From NCBI RefSeq assembly GCF_004010195.1, contig NC_057749.1, positions 9,027,787 through 9,091,786 on the forward strand: a DNA stretch of 64,000 nt. Reading direction: 5' to 3'. Origin of the DNA: Chiloscyllium plagiosum (Eukaryota). The notes below the pieces were generated by a model. The model had not been told where the DNA came from. It was given only the letters and a program-made list of their open reading frames with translations, and searched no databases. Positions 12,988 to 25,293 of this stretch are shown in pieces (position 1 is the stretch's first letter; the number at the start of each line of letters is the position of its first letter). A program made the position numbers and the translations under genes.

Positions 12988-13357
12988 GGGTGGCACGGTG
13001 GCTCAGTTGTTAGCATTGCTGCCTCACAGCGCTAGTGATACAGGTTCGAGTCCAGACTTGGGTGACTGTGTGGAGTTTGCACATTCTCCCCGTGTCTGTG
13101 TGTGTGTGTTTCCTTGGGTACTCTGGCTTCCTCCAACAGTCCAAAGATGTGCCGGTCAGGATGGATTGGCCATGGGAAATTGCCCATAGTGCTCAGGGGT
13201 GATGTAGGTAAGGTGGATTAGCCATGAGGAATGCAGGGTTACAGGTATAGGGTTGGGGAGGGGGGGGTTGCGGGCGGAGTCTGGATGGGATGTTGTTCAG
13301 AGATTTGATGTGGACTTGTTGGGCCAAATGGCCTGTTTCCACACTGTTGGGATTCTA
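12988..13357 (+). mobile_element. HE1-type SINE
   Basis: ggcacggtggctcag..gggttcgagtcc..tgtgtggagtttgcacattctcccc. Confidence 0.85.
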
Positions 13358-13857
13358 TTTTTTTTAAGTTTTGTTATTCACTATGATATTTTTTCCTGGC
13401 AGAGTTTTAATATTCCCAGTTACATTAATACTCATATTCTATTTCTCTCCCTTCTCAGTTTTTTTTTTGTGGTCCTTTGCTGGCTTCTAAGATACTTGCA
13501 TCTGCAAAAATTTAAAGCTGTCCTTTTAATCCAGTGCAATCCTTAGCTTTCTTTTTTCTCGGTCATTTCTGTCCCACAGAAGATCAGAGGTGACCTAACA
13601 GTGTTTTGAGGATGGCAAGATGGTTTAATTGAGCAGATGAAGAAAAAAATGTTTCCCCGTGATAATTGGGACAAAAACTTGAGATCATGTATTTAAAATC
13701 ATTGACAAAAGATCTGAAGGAGGATAAGGTGAAAAGATTATGCTTAATTGTGAGGATTTTGAACCTACTACCTAAAAAGGCAGTAGAAACTCATTTGGTA
13801 GTCAGTACTACTGAATGCAGCTAAACAAAGACATTTTATTGAAGCCTTCATCCTGGA

Positions 13858-14158
13858 GTCATAGAACCCCTACAGTGTGGAATCAGGCCATTTGGCCTAT
13901 TGAGTCCACACTGACCCTCCGACGAATATCTCAGCTAGACCCACTTCCCTACCCTATCCATGTAATCTTGCATTTCCCGTGGCCAATCCACCTAACCTGC
14001 ACATCTTTGGACTGCGGGAGAAAACCAGAGCACCCAAAAGAAACCCACACAAACACGGGCAGAACGTGCAAACTCTCCACAGGCAGTTGCCCCAGGCTGG
14101 AATCAAACCCAGATCCCGGGCTGTGAGGCAGCAGTGCTAACTACTAAGCCACCCTACC
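13858..14158 (-). mobile_element. HE1-type SINE
   Basis: Same family, reverse strand. Confidence 0.85.
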
Positions 14159-14689
14159 ACCTCCCACAGACGATTTGTAAGACATTTCTGTGTAGGTGGA
14201 AAAATACATGCACATACACTGCGTATGTTTTAACTGAACACAATTATCTTATTTATTTCCCAAGCAAGTGCCTCAACCAATCAGAGTCAACCTATTTTGT
14301 ATAAAATCTAAACAAGATTGGAAGTTAACTGTCAGTTATTGTCGAACTGGTGCATTCTCCATGACAGCGCCTTCGTCAATATTCATTATTGTGAACCAAT
14401 CAGCACTCAACTCTCATACGGTATGAATGTCATTTTCCCTTTACGTTGGTATTTCTTGCAAATTATCCTAAAGAGTGTAAGACAAAGTGCTTCAACAAAT
14501 GTGTCCTTTCTCACCCACACAAAGTAATTTCACAAGCAGCTTCAGAGGGTGAAGGTAACAGACAACACATAGGTTTAAACATGCTGGACGTTTGAAGGAT
14601 CCATCACAGGCACACAATGGGCCAAATGGCCTCCTTCCTTTAAGTTTCAATGCTTCTCTGATAACTAATCAGTCTTGCCTTATTTTCAG

Positions 14690-14858
14690 TGTCTCAGCTC
14701 CCAAGATGTGGTGGGACCCTCGAGCGGCACAGGTCAAGCCAAGCTGTTGGGCCAGCTCTTCATCCTGCTCCAGTATCAGACCCTGGCTAACCGGATCAAG
14801 GTGATGGTTCGAAAGGCCGAGTCTTTGGCCAGACTGACCCGCATGCCAGGGTCACCAG
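14690..14858 (+). CDS. Synaptotagmin-family gene, exon (linker + start of C2B)
   Basis: tattttcag|TGT...CCAG|gtgaga; CLSSQDVVGPSSGTGQAKLLGQLFILLQYQTLANRIKVMVRKAESLARLTRMPGSP; 169 nt, phase 0 to 1, consistent with neighbouring exons. Confidence 0.92.
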
Positions 14859-16214
14859 GTGAGATGGCACAGGGAGATTTAACCATTGGGAGGGGTTGGG
14901 GGGGTTTACATCCTTAGAGGTCGTCCATAACATTCCTCATTCCACACATCTACATGGGGCATTGTGAATTGTCCTGAGTCCCTTACGTGGAACTAGAACG
15001 AAAATCAGAGAAATGTTTTGGGCTGTTTGGCTTTGACTCACTTACACTCGCTTTTAAAATGTCGATGCTGCAAAATCCAAACCCCTTTGCCAGAATTCTG
15101 TCAGTCAATGGCCAGGAGCTGTGAGTGGCTCACCGGTCTTAGATCAAATGGATCAGAACAAACCCTTTCAAAATATATCAAGGAGATACCCTGGACCCCA
15201 ACATTTATCTTATTTACAGGCTGTATTCCAGATTTGATTTGATTGATCAAATTATTAAGCTTTAACCAAAACGCACTTTATTTACAAACAAAAGAAAGAA
15301 GAATTGATCTACCTTTAACTCAAATGGGAAGTTTTACAGAATTATAAATTACTTAGGTACTGTTCCAATATAGTAACACCGCATAAACATAATTCCCTGG
15401 CCCATCCTCCACATTTTCACTCTGGGGACACAAGCAGAAAATGATCTACAAATTGGTGACTGAGGAAGGGTTGTCCCCTTCCTGACTTTGGGCCAACCCT
15501 TTGTTTTTGTCGCAAAACGTAACTCCTGCATTTCAAACTTCTCAGCAACGCGGATAGAATATCATGGAAGGTCATACCCTGCTTCATGAACGTGAAAGGC
15601 AACTTAGTTCAGTCAAACATCCCAGGGAAGTTTCACAGGAACGTTATCAAGCAAACTCTGAGCCTAAGGCACCTCGGGCTGTCTGAGGACTGCGCATCCA
15701 AATGTTTGGTACTAGGGTTAAGTCTTAAGGACAGGTCAGGTCTTAAGGAGAGGCCACACCAGCAAGAAATAAGCTCTTCCTATCCACTCTACCAAACCCT
15801 CAATGCAGTCAAGTCTCCCCTCAGCCTCCTCTGTTCCAAGGAGAACAATCCCGATGTGTCTATTTTTCCTCAGAGCTGAAGTTTTCCAATCCCGGTAACA
15901 TCCTTGTTCATTCCCTCTCTAGTGCAGTTACATCCTTTCTCTAATGAGGTGATCTGAACTGCACATAGGTCTCAAGTTATGGGGCCTAGCAATAAATCAT
16001 GCAACTCCAGCCTAACCTGCCATCACCTCAACACTTCTATCATTCTATTCCAATTGCCTTCTAAACCACATCATCGACCTCTCCTGCCACATTCTAGCAG
16101 ATGTGAACATTCACTCCAAGGCCCCTCGCTCCTTCCACATCTCTCAGTAATATCCCATTAATTATGTCTTCCTCCATCTTCATCACTCTCATGTGCCCGT
16201 TCTCACATTTGCAG

Positions 16215-16381
16215 ATCATTATGTCATTATAAGCCTCTACCAAGATGATAAAGTTCTCTCAACCAAGGAAACCAAGACATCAAGTGGCTATAACCCAGTG
16301 TGGAATGCACCATTTCTGTTTGATGTTCCTTCAGGAGATATTGAAAACCTACAGCTCTCTCTGGAATTTATAGTCATGCAG
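16215..16381 (+). CDS. Synaptotagmin-family gene, exon (C2B core)
   Basis: catttgcag|AT...ATGCAG|gtaagg; (D)HYVIISLYQDDKVLSTKETKTSSGYNPVWNAPFLFDVPSGDIENLQLSLEFIVMQ; 167 nt, phase 1 to 0. Confidence 0.93.
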
Positions 16382-16415
16382 GTAAGGGCAGTGCAAACCT
16401 CGTACTTTTGACTAC

Positions 16416-17203
16416 TGTTATGGACCAGGCCAGATCCCCTCAAAACATTTTAAGAAGGTCGTGTTTGGTGCTGGAAAAGCACAGCAGGTCAGGTAGCATC
16501 TGAGGAGCAGGAGAATCGATGTTTCTGGCGTAAGCCCTTCATCAGGATCTCTTCGGATGCAGCCTGACCTGCTGGGCTTTTCCAGCACCAAACTCTCAAC
16601 TCTGATCTCCAGCATCTGAAGTCCTCACTTTCTCCCATTTTTAAGAAGGTAGCCCAGTCCCTAACTTTATGAGTTGTTTTAAGAAGATGTAAGGTGAGTA
16701 TTCCAGGAGCGACACAGCTGGTCAAACCACTCCTCTTTAAACAAAACAGAATTTATTTACACACGAACAAAAGAAAACCAGATTTAGATTAACGTAACTA
16801 TTTGAAAACCCGACCAAATCAAAAGCGCAACTGAACAAAGAGCTGTTCCGATTTCCTGCAACTTCCCAGAAAAACGCCCCTGGAAAATTCAAATACACGT
16901 TCTTACAGGAGAGAGAAGTCAGAGAGAGAGAGAGGATCAGCATAGAGCTGTTTCATTGACTCCTCAGCTAAAAACTAACCCAAAACTAGAAAAATCCCTG
17001 AACTGGGAGAACTGGCCACTCCCCGTTCATTTTACAAGTGTTTTAAAAAGAAACCTGAAAGCCTTTTCTGATGGTTGACTTAGACAGCATCTGTTAGCCA
17101 TTCTTAAAGTCACGAGTTCAGACATTTCAGCACCTCTGCCTTTACGACCCCTCATGAAAAAAACAAGAATAGAATAACCCTGGTAAAGGAGCAGCATTGT
17201 CAC
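16416..17203 (-). mobile_element. Solo-LTR-like element (TG...CA), interrupted by a foldback element
   Basis: Starts tgttatggaccagg and ends ..attgtcaca; the reverse complement of this start ends the copy at about 56060-56616; a third partial copy at about 15148-15400. Confidence 0.6.
16460..16635 (-). mobile_element. Foldback element with minimal hammerhead motif
   Basis: Inverted arms; minus-strand CTGATGA-A-GGGC-TTAC-GCCA-GAAAC-ATC at 16518-16545; TSD CATTTT(T)AAGAAGGT at 16446-16459 and 16636-16650. Confidence 0.8.
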
Positions 17204-17650
17204 ACACTAACTCATCACTTCCAACAGAGTCAAGCCCCATTACTAGGGCTTTACAGCAGACATGGAATGGTAGCTGAGGTGATCTGCTGAGGCCAAAGCA
17301 CTTGACTCATTAAGGAGTACATGTAAAGGAGAGATGTTGAGCCTGACATTGTGAAACCCCCACACTCACGTTGACCTAATTCGCTTTTTGCAAAAGCCTG
17401 ATGAGTGGAACCCTGCAACCAGCTCTCGCCCTTTCTCCATCTTAATATTACAATCTGATGCAGACTGGTTAGGGCTGAGAACTGAGTTCAGAAATTTATC
17501 TTCAGAACGTGAATCTTGGTGAAATGGGAGATGGGTTGCTGAAGCTTTTACTCTTGCACTCATTAGGACAAATGACACATTTCTAATGGTCACAGCAATG
17601 TACTCGAGGGAGTAAAGGATGCTGATCAGTTGGCAATTCGACTCTGATTT

Positions 17651-17815
17651 AGGCAAGCAGGAGGCTGGAAGAACACAGCAAGCCAGGCAGCATCAAAAGG
17701 TGGAGAAGTCAATGTTTCAGGACTGAAGAAGGGTTCTACCCAAAACGTTGACTTCTCCACCTCCTGATGCTGCCTGGCTTGCTGTGTTCTTCCAGTCCCC
17801 TGCTGGTCTACCTTG
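17651..17815 (+). mobile_element. Foldback element with degenerate hammerhead motif
   Basis: Inverted arms around CTGAAGA(17723)-A-GGGT-TCT-ACCC-AAAAC-GTT. Confidence 0.75.
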
Positions 17816-18237
17816 GAATTCAACATGAATACTTTTTTTTTGTCTCTAACCAAGTTAATTCTGAATGGCTGAGCTATTGTCATAGAGAAAGCAACAGGTA
17901 ATTATAGGCTCCGCAAGCTCCTGGGTAATTGAAAACGTTGCAAGATTTTCAACTTGTATTTACAAGGTTATGAATACATCCTCTTTTTTTACATCCCTGG
18001 GATGTGGGCATTGCTGGCTTACCCATCCCTAATTGTCCAGAGGGCAATTCAACATCAGACACATTGCTGTAGGGCCTGGACCCAAATGTTTTCATGATTA
18101 ATGAGTCTGGAGTTACGTGTAGGTCAGTCCAGGTGAGGATGGCAGCTTCTTTGCCTAATGGACATCTGTGAACCAGATGGGTTTTTCTCTGACAATTGAT
18201 TATGAATCTTCGATCATCATTAGACATCAGTAGAGAA

Positions 18238-18572
18238 GGGGCACGGTGCCTCAGTGGTTAGCACTGCTGCCTCACAGCGACAGGGATTCGGGTTTGATTC
18301 TACCCTCGGGCGACTGCCTGTGTGGAGTTTGCACATTCCCCTCGTGTCTGTATGGGTTTCCTCTGGGTGCGCCGCTTTCCTCCCACAGTCCAAAGATCTG
18401 CAGGTTAGTGTGGATTGGCCATGGAAACTTGCCCCGTATTGTCCAGGGATGTGCAGGCTAGGTGTGTTAGCCTGGGAAATGCAGGCATTAGGGTAGGGAG
18501 TGGATCAGGCTGGGCTGCACTTCAGGGGGTCAGTATGGTCTCAATGGGCTGAATGGCTTGCTTCCACACTGT
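18238..18572 (+). mobile_element. HE1-type SINE
   Basis: Same family. Confidence 0.85.
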
Positions 18573-18998
18573 GAAAATGAACTCTTGACTTCAGATTTTT
18601 CATTAAATGCAAATTACATCATTAGGCATGGTGGGATTCAAATCCTGGTTCCCAAAATATTCCCTGGGTCTCTGGATTAATAGTCTAGATATTATACCAC
18701 GAAGCCATTGTCTCTCCGAATGAGCCATATTACAATCTCAATTGATTATCTTCCATGGGTTATTAGTGTAGCTATAGACACACTCCGGATTGTTTAGCAT
18801 CTGCTGTGGAGCCAAAACCAATAGCTCACTAGCAATTAGTTCGGTATTGTCCTGTCTGTTCTGTGGAATGCAAGACAAAAAGCTATAGCAACACATCACT
18901 TTTCAGTAAGATTCAAACAGTGTTACCATATTACGATCCTGAAAGAGTAAAGGTCCTAGATGGCAGGATGCAGAATAGCTAATGTAATGGAATTACTT

Positions 18999-19317
18999 GG
19001 GGTCGCTCGGTGATTAGCATTGCTGCCTCATAGCACCAGGGACCCAGGTTCAATTTCCACCTTGGGTGACTGTCTGTGGAGTTTGCTCATTCTCCCTGTG
19101 GGCTTCTCCTGGGTGCTCCAGGTTCCTCCCACAATCCAAAGCTGTGCAGGCCAGGTGAATTGGCTATGCTAAATTGCCCATGGTGTTAGGTGTATTAGTC
19201 AGGGGTAAATATGGGGTAGGGGAATGGGTCTGGGTGGGTTACTCTTCTGAGGGTCAGTGTGGACTTGTTGGGTTGACTGGCCTGTTTCCATATTGTAGGG
19301 AAGTTAATCTAAACTAA
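18999..19317 (+). mobile_element. HE1-type SINE
   Basis: Same family. Confidence 0.8.
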
Positions 19318-19454
19318 TCCCATAATAGTGAATGAAAGATATAGGCTTTTCATTAGGAATCTGAAACAGTCAAGAAAGCGAGTCACAGCAGACACAGTTT
19401 GGTGGTTTCATACGGTCATTTTCCATCATGTATCAGATTATTCTTGACGGAGTA

Positions 19455-20218
19455 TTACTGTACAGCTTGGAAACAGACTCTTTGGTCCAACTCGTCTGTG
19501 CCCAACCAGATATCCTAAATTAATCTATTCCCATTTGCCAGCATTTGGCCCATATCCCTCTAAACCCTTCCTAATCACATACCCATCCAGATGCCTTTTA
19601 AATGTTGTAATCATAGCCATCTCCACTTCCTTTGGCAGTTCATTCCAAACATGCACTACCCTCTGCGTGAAAAGTGAGACATGCAAGTGCCTTTTAAATC
19701 TTTCCCCATATCCCTCTAAACCCTTCCTATTCACATACCCATCCAGATGCCTTTTAAATGTTGTAATCATAGCCATCTCCACCACTTCCTTTGGCAGTTC
19801 ATTCCAAACACGCACTACCCTCTGCGTGAAAAGTGAGACATGCAAGTGCCTTTTAAATCTTTCCCCTCTCATCTTAAACCTACGCCCTCTAGTTTGGGAC
19901 TTCCCTACCCAGGGAAAAAGGTCTATTTATCCTATCCATTCCCCTCGTGATTTTTCTAAACCACCAGAAAAGGTCACCGCTCAGCCTCTGATGCTCCAGG
20001 GAAAACCGCCCCAGCCTATTCAGCCTCTCCCTGTAGCTCAAACCCTCCAACCCTGAAAACATCCTTGTAAATCTTTTCTGAATCCTTTCAAGTTTCCCTG
20101 CATCTTTTCTACAGTACAGAGACCAGAAGTAGGCACAGCATTCCAAAAGTGGCGCCACCAATATTCTGCACAGTTGCAATATGATCTCCCAACTCCTATA
20201 CTCAATGCACTGACCAAA
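19455..20218 (-). mobile_element. CR1 LINE 3' fragment with internal tandem duplication
   Basis: ORFs 19525-19872 and 19889-20179; the FTQRVV..WNELP segment appears twice. Confidence 0.9.
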
Positions 20219-20251
20219 GAATGTCGATGAATTTTGTTTTTAAATGTTCAG

Positions 20252-20401
20252 AGTCGCATTTACACCCGAAGTGGAGTCCTGGGCCGTGTGGTAATTGGGG
20301 GGAATGCTTCAGAGACGGGGAGAACACACTGGAGGGAGATGTCGAATCGAGGACATGTGGAATCTGCCAGGTGGCATACCATTCAACCAGACACTTTCTA
20401 G
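20252..20401 (+). CDS. Synaptotagmin-family gene, terminal coding exon (C2B end)
   Basis: Not in the supplied ORF track in this frame. aatgttcag|AGT CGC ATT...; SRIYTRSGVLGRVVIGGNASETGRTHWREMSNRGHVESARWHTIQPDTF*, with the synaptotagmin C-terminal HW..M / WH motifs; TAG at 20399-20401. Confidence 0.93.
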   Translation, partial: SRIYTRSGVLGRVVIGGNASETGRTHWREMSNRGHVESARWHTIQPDTF

Positions 20402-20464
20402 ACACCCACAAACACACCTGTTCTGTCGCTCCTCCCGCTGTCCCTTAACTGTTCAGTGAAATGT

Positions 20465-20470
20465 AATAAA
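20465..20470 (+). promoter_or_regulatory. Candidate polyadenylation signal of the synaptotagmin-like gene
   Basis: AATAAA about 64 nt downstream of the stop codon. Confidence 0.55.
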
Positions 20471-21239
20471 ATGTACGAAAATCCCAGTGTCCTTTAGGAG
20501 CTTGGTGTTGCCGGAGCACAATCAGTGGTCCCAGATATTACCTTCCCATTTCTGAGACCTAGCACAAAAGGTGGCCATTTTTTCACAGATGGCCTGTTGC
20601 TAAGGGATACATGATGAGTTGAGGTGGATTCAGCATTGATCCGAGAGTCTCAGTGTGAGCCCATATACCTCATACTGGGACAAATGAAAGTTCCTGAGAT
20701 CTGTTTAAAAAGACTTTTTAAATAGCGTGAAGTACGTATTCTTCCTACAACAAAGCTGCAGCATCACAAACTGACTCAACTTATTAAAATATTTCAAGGG
20801 GCTTAATATGCAAGCATTATCAACCCATATTGACACCGAATCACAACTGGAGATATCAAGACAGCTACAAACAGGTAGGTTTTTAGGAGTATCTTAAAGG
20901 AACAAAGCAAGGTGAAGAGGTTTAGGAAGGGAAATTCCAGAGTTTGGAGTTTACGTAACTCATAGCCTGGTGAGATGATAAAAAATAAAGGGCTTTGGAA
21001 GTGTTGCAGGAGCATTTTGTTGTCACTGTACCTAGGTACTGTGAAACGTTTTGTTTTGCGTGCAGTACAGGTAGATCATACCATACAACGACCACAGGGC
21101 GATTGAACAGATTTGATACAATGTTGCGGATGCAAGAAGGTGCACAGAGAGCAAGATCAACATTAGGTTTGAAACTTGAGAGGTCCATTTGGAAGTCTAA
21201 TAACATCGGGGAAGAAACTGTTCTCGAACCTGTTGGTTC

Positions 21240-23300
21240 CATTGACGTTGCCAGGTTTAGAGGGAGATACTAAATAGGCTGGGGCTGTTTTCGCTGGAAC
21301 ATCAGAGGCTGAGGGGTGACCTTTTAGAGGTTTTTGAAATCATGAGGGGCATGGATAGGTTGGATAGCCAAAATCTTTTCCCCAGGGTAGGGGAGTCCAA
21401 AACTAGAGGGCTTAGGTTTAAGGTGAGAGAGAAAAGATTCTAAAGGGAAGCTTTTTCACGCAGAGGATGGTGCATGTGTGGAATGAGCTGCCAGAGGAAG
21501 TGATGGAGGCTGGTACAATGACAGCATTTAAAAGGCATCTAGATGGGGACATGAATGATAAGGGTATAGAGAGATATGGGCCAAATGCAGGCAAATGGGA
21601 CTAGATTAATTTAGGATACCTGGTCAGCATGGATGAGATAGATTTAGGGTATGTTTGTATGCTAAACAACTCTATGTCTCTATGATCTGGAGGTGCCGGT
21701 GTTGCACTGGGGTGTACAAAGTTAAAAGTCGCAAAACACCAGGTTATAGTCCAACAGAGTCATTTGGAAACACTAGCTTTCGGACCATTGCTCCTAATTA
21801 ATCACCCAGAGAAAGAGTAGCACTCCGTGCTTCCAAATACACCTGTTGGCCTATAACCTGGTGTTGTGCGATTTTTAACTATGACTCTATGGCTGTATAT
21901 CTTTAAACTTTTGTATCTTCTGCCTGATGGAAGAGGTCAGAGAAGAGATTATATGGGGTGGCAAATGGTGAGGATGACACAAAGAATCTGCAGACGGATA
22001 TAGACAAGTAATGGAAGTGGCCAAAAACTAGGCAGATAGAATATAAGAAAACGTGAGGTTATGCAATTTGACAGCAAGAGTAGAGAAGCTGTCTATTATT
22101 TAATTGAAGAAGAACTGCAGTAATTTGCAGCAAAGAGAGATATGGGCATCCTTGTACATAAGTACCAAAATGCTAGCATTGAAGTTCAAAGGTAAATGGG
22201 GCAGTTCGTATGGGGCCTTAATTTCGAAAGGAATGGAATGTGAAGTTAGAGAAGACTTGTTAATGCTATACAAAGCACTAGCTAGACCTCACCTGTGAAC
22301 AGTTCTATTTGTCTAAAGAAAGATATATTGGCATTGGAGGCAATCCAGACAAAGTTCACTAGTTTGACCCTGGGTATAGAGAGATTTTCTTATTAGGAGA
22401 GGTTGAGTCCGCACTCATTGGAATTTAGAAACATGTGAGCCAACCTTATTGAAATGTACAGGTCACCTGCAAGGGTAGCTGCAGAAAAGTTGTTTCCCCT
22501 GCGGGAGAGTTTAGGATCAGAATGCATAATCTCAGGATGAGGGTTTCCCCTGTTCGAACAGAGATGAGGAGGAATTTCTTCTCTGAGTGAATCTGTAGAA
22601 TTCTTCACCACAAAGGGCTGTCCAGGTTGACACTTTAAGTATATTCATGGCTGAGATTCACAGATTTTTAATCAGGAGGTTTATAAGGAAAAGACAAGAA
22701 AGTTGAATTGAGGATTCAGATCAGGCATGATCTCATTGAATGGTGGGGCAGACTCAAATTGAGTGACCAACTGCTCCTACATCTTTAGGATCTGTTCTGT
22801 TATAGGCTTGGAGGAGATTAGAGAGTCAGTGTTGTGGTAGGGGTGAACAAGCTATGTAGAAATGTGAATAACAAAAGTAATATGAGGAATGGCTGAGGAC
22901 TCTGGGTCTGTACTCGATGGAGTTAAAAGGATATGGGGGAGATTTGATTGAACTTTACAGAATACTGTGAGCCTGGATGGACTGGACGTGGAGAAGATAT
23001 TTCCACTAATAGGAGAGACTAGGACCTATGGCACAGTTTCACAGTGAAGAGAGGACCCTTTAGAACTGAGATGAGGAGAAATTTCTTCAGCCAGAGGGTG
23101 GAAATCATTGCCGCAGAGGGCTGTAGAGGCCTAGTCACCAGGTGCATTTAAGACAGAGATAGGCAGGTTCTTCGTTAGTAAGGGGTACAGGGAGAAGGCA
23201 CAAGAATTGGTATTAGAGACATATCAGCCATGATCGAATGGCAAAGCAGTCTTGATGGGCTGAATGGCCTGATTCTGTTCTCATATCTTATGGTCTTATG
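21240..23300 (+). mobile_element. Cluster of nested CR1 LINE 3' fragments
   Basis: Three successive CR1 3' ends (about 21240-21685, 21955-22790, 22885-23300), with LYKALARPHL and tail motifs. Confidence 0.8.
21688..21880. mobile_element. Foldback element, related subfamily
   Basis: Arms gttaaaagtcgcaaaacaccaggttatagtccaacag and ctgttggcctataacctggtgttgtgcgatttttaac; centre degenerate. Related arms at about 24980-25055 and 52782-52825. Confidence 0.7.
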
Positions 23301-25258
23301 GTGTTGTGGGAAAAAAAAAAGTTTAATTTGAGGCATTGGGAGCCAATGTAGCTTAGCAAGAATAAGGGCAATGGGTGAGACTTGGTGGATTCATTCCAGT
23401 CACTGAACTCAATCTTACTTCGGGCAGAAACTGAGTGACCGGCCAGGGGATTGGCTCAACTTCCTGAGATTCTAACCCTAATCCCAACCCTATTGCAGGG
23501 AAAGAAGCCCCATTGAAAGATTAATGCCATTACAACAACAAGTAGGTAAAAGCCTAGTGGGATTATCACTGGACTGTTAATCCAGAGACCCATGTAATGT
23601 CCTGGGGACCTGGGTTTCAATCCCACCATGGCAGGTGGTGAAATTTGGATTCTCTTAAAATCTGAAATTAATATTCAAATGATAAAACCATTGTCAGGAA
23701 AACCCATCTGGTTCACTAATGTTCCATAGGAAAGCAAACTGCAATGGTCGGGCCTACATGTGACTCCAGACCTACAACATTACAGCAATTAGGGATGGGC
23801 AATTAATGTTGTCCTGTCTAGGGACAGCTTCATCCTGTGAATAAATAAAAAAAAACTTTGACATGGGAGAGTGTTCCTTGGCTCTTCACAGAAGGGTTCC
23901 CTTTTAATACCTGATACCAGACTACATTATGTATCATACTACTGAGTGCAGGAGCAATGCACCCCTGCTTCAGTTGGATAGAACACTGGGGGTGAGACTG
24001 AACTTGGAGGGTTGTGTGTAGTTTTGGTCCTCTTGCCTATGGAAGGATGTACCTGCCCTAGAGGAGTACAGCTGAGGTTCAGCAGATTGGTTCCTGGGAC
24101 TGCCCAGCAAGGCCAAATTCAGGAGACTGGGCCTATCTTTGAAAGATGACAAACAACTTGATAGAATTCTACAAGAATCTTAAAAGGGGCAGACAAAGTG
24201 TAGTTTCCCCGGTTGTAGGATTTAGAACCAGTGGGAGACAACCTCAGAATAAAAGACTGAGACCGAATAAAAGTCAGTTAGGCCAGAGGCAAGAAGGAAC
24301 ACTTTCTCTCAGAGGATGGAATTCTCTACCCCTGGGAACTATAGAGACTCAATCACTGCATACGTTTAAGGCAGAGACTGAGAGATTTCTAGCTACTCGT
24401 GCCGTGAAGGGATATGTGGCAGTACAAGAACATGGCGTTGAGGTGGGTGATCATCCAGGATAAAGAATGACAGAGCAGGCTAGAGGGGCTGAATGGCCTG
24501 TTTGCTATGTCCAACTGACCCGAGATAAACACTCATTTTTATGATCAGAGATTGCACACACATCTGAGCATGGAATATCATTCTCTCAAATCTCAGCTTA
24601 TAAACGAATGAGAACATTTTAAGGTTTTGTGTTGCAAGCGCAGGTGCACGTTTCCATCAATCTCTTCATTCCAAGCGGCGACATTTGGGTGGGTGTAAGT
24701 CTGTCATCAACTGTAGCAACTTAATCGCATCAGTCAGCATCACAATGGTGTGCCTTAGATACAGTGTTTACTACACTGGGGTTTGCTTGTGTTTAATGTG
24801 TGTCTCCTGTGCTATTTCAAGTGAGATCATGAGCCCTTTAAATTGGTGTCAGAAATTGAACACAAAAATGTTTCACAAAGTCAGTAACACCTTGTACTAA
24901 TGGAAACATAAACAGACTTAACAGGAATATAGATACCAATACCAGCTCCAATTGCATTGTAAAGTTGCTATAATCCAAAGTTGGAAGTCGCAGGCCACCA
25001 GGTTATAATCCAACAGGTTTATATGAAATCACAAGCTTTCGGAGCACAGCCCCTTTGCCAGTAACCTTCCAACCCATCCCCCCCCAGTCATCTTTCCAGC
25101 CCCACATCCTCCCTTCCATTCCACCTGCCAACCCTTCCTTCCAGCTACCAATTGGATTCATCCCTCCCATGGACCAACCAGGTCTTACCCACTACCCGTG
25201 TTCACCTATCACTACCTCCCCTCTCCACTTTATCTGTAGCTCCCCTAGCCCCACATCC

Positions 25259-25293
25259 AGTCCTGAAGAAGGGTTATACCCAAAACGTTGACT
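25259..25293 (+). ncRNA. Minimal type-I hammerhead ribozyme motif (one core mutation)
   Basis: AGTC-CTGAAGA-A-GGGT-TAT-ACCC-AAAAC-GTT-GACT: stem I AGTC/GACT, stem II GGGT/ACCC; the G of GAAA is replaced by A, consistent with CpG decay. Confidence 0.6.
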
